Positions 19,079-20,000 of a DNA stretch of 20,000 nucleotides are shown here, in pieces. The position numbers and the translations under genes were made by a program. Under the pieces are notes generated by a model. It was not told the origin of the DNA and did not search any database. It saw only the letters and a program-made list of their open reading frames with translations. Source of the stretch: Halocafeteria seosinensis (Eukaryota); the NCBI GenBank assembly GCA_001687465.1, contig LVLI01000228.1, positions 45,959 through 65,958 of the forward strand, in the 5' to 3' direction. The stretch's first letter is position 1. Each line of letters opens with the position of its first letter.

Positions 19079-19112
<34 letters not shown>
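19079..19112 (+). repeat. (CA)17 microsatellite
   Basis: Perfect dinucleotide run upstream of the homeobox gene. Confidence 0.97.
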
Positions 19113-19114
<2 letters not shown>

Positions 19115-19225
19115 AGCAGGGCAGGAATGATTGAATCCGTGGGGGCGTCCAGTGCCAGAGGGAAGGTTGTGCAGTATTTGCTTGCCCCCTCCCCTTCGAG
19201 GTCTCCCGCTCTCCGTTTGTGTTGT

Positions 19226-20000
19226 TTATCTCGGTGGCTTGTGCTTTCTTTCTTTGAACGAACAAGCAATGGGTAGTGTCAGACCTGTCCATAAGTCAAT
19301 CAACCACGCATCGATACAGTGTATGGTGCGCATTCGATTCGATGCCTGCACTGCCTCAAGGATGCACATAGCTATATACCTGGCAAACCCAAACAGATCC
19401 GGGTTGGCAAAGAAAAGAAAACTCTGGTTGGATCTTGTTGGGACGTTGTCGATAAACAGGTTGCAAGCTCTGTAGTATTTCTTGTACGCTACCCAGGCAC
19501 CTAGAGCAGCTCCAATTGTTTCCGGTTTGGTCGTACCAGATGACTTCTTCATCAGTCGAGTATCAACAGGAGGGATTGCGCACGCGTACTGTCCCAAAAT
19601 TCGGGAATTACGATGAACGACAGCGGCCGCTCCCATATGAATAATACCATTGCGTTCTGTCAGGGAACCATCCGTATAAATATCGAGGAATTGGTCATTA
19701 AGTTGCCTGAGTGTCTGAGGTATAGAGAGATACTTTGTTATCTCCAGGGCATATTTTCTTCGTAATAGTTCCACCGCTAAAACGTTGTAATCCCATTGCC
19801 AGTATTCCTTTGCTGTTTTTACTTCCCAACCGTATATATGCTGCTGAGCATTGGCCGGTGAGTATTCCACGACCCGTTGCCTGTGTGCATCTATAATTGT
19901 GGTCATGAGGCTTGCCTGAAATACTTCCTTAGTAGATGTGGTTTGTTTCCATTCCACCGGTATTAGTCTCAGACTATCTCCATTTACGGACCTTATTATT
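19226..20000 (-). mobile_element. Retrotransposon pol fragment with RNase H domain (non-LTR type likely); ORF open to the window edge
   Basis: The frame is stop-free from 19999 to the stop at 19228-19226. RNase HI motifs are LDIYTDGS...MGAAAVV, TKPETIGAALG (catalytic Glu) and NLFIDN (third acidic residue). The expected downstream W/VKxH..NExAD motif is not found. Confidence 0.8.

Noticed and set aside
18867..19292. ORFs with HTHTHT or VCVCVC runs
   Set aside because: These are translations of the (CA)17 microsatellite.
1..20000. Alternative genetic code explaining in-frame stops in decayed segments
   Set aside because: Intact genes of 445-1026 aa have no internal stops under the standard code and terminate at TAA or TGA.
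1..20000. tRNA, rRNA or prokaryotic operon/defence system
   Set aside because: No cloverleaf or rRNA-like sequence was recognised, and spliceosomal introns, a TALE homeobox and a U-box show eukaryotic nuclear DNA.

Overview
Eukaryotic genomic DNA from a compact, roughly 50% GC protist. The standard code is used, with short 63-85 nt GT-AG introns. The extended 'WMFNPEHITHPYP' TALE homeodomain loop hints at a stramenopile, but this is inference. Five host genes are supported: an intronless, probably GPI-anchored GLUG-like repeat surface protein (2155-3864/3900, -); a 4-exon NSUN5/Rcm1 rRNA m5C methyltransferase (7111-8830, -); a 6-exon N-myristoylated ankyrin/U-box E3 ligase (9389-11077, +); a 2-exon Trp/Tyr-permease-like amino-acid transporter (12602-15717, +); and a large TALE homeobox protein (15721-18801, -). 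The last two end tail-to-tail in a small palindrome. Mobile or accessory DNA includes a probable decayed RLE-type non-LTR retrotransposon (~5.4-6.45 kb), a 310-bp MITE-like element (11941-12250) and a retrotransposon RNase H ORF running off the right edge. The most unusual part is the first ~1.6 kb. It reads as a co-oriented patchwork of short fragments resembling Polinton-like virus/virophage genes (a packaging-ATPase piece, a Gly-rich core-protein-like piece, coiled-coil and fibre-like pieces), capped by an array of 7 related hairpin-type units and an AT-rich tract. All family assignments come from recognising motifs by eye; no searches were run.
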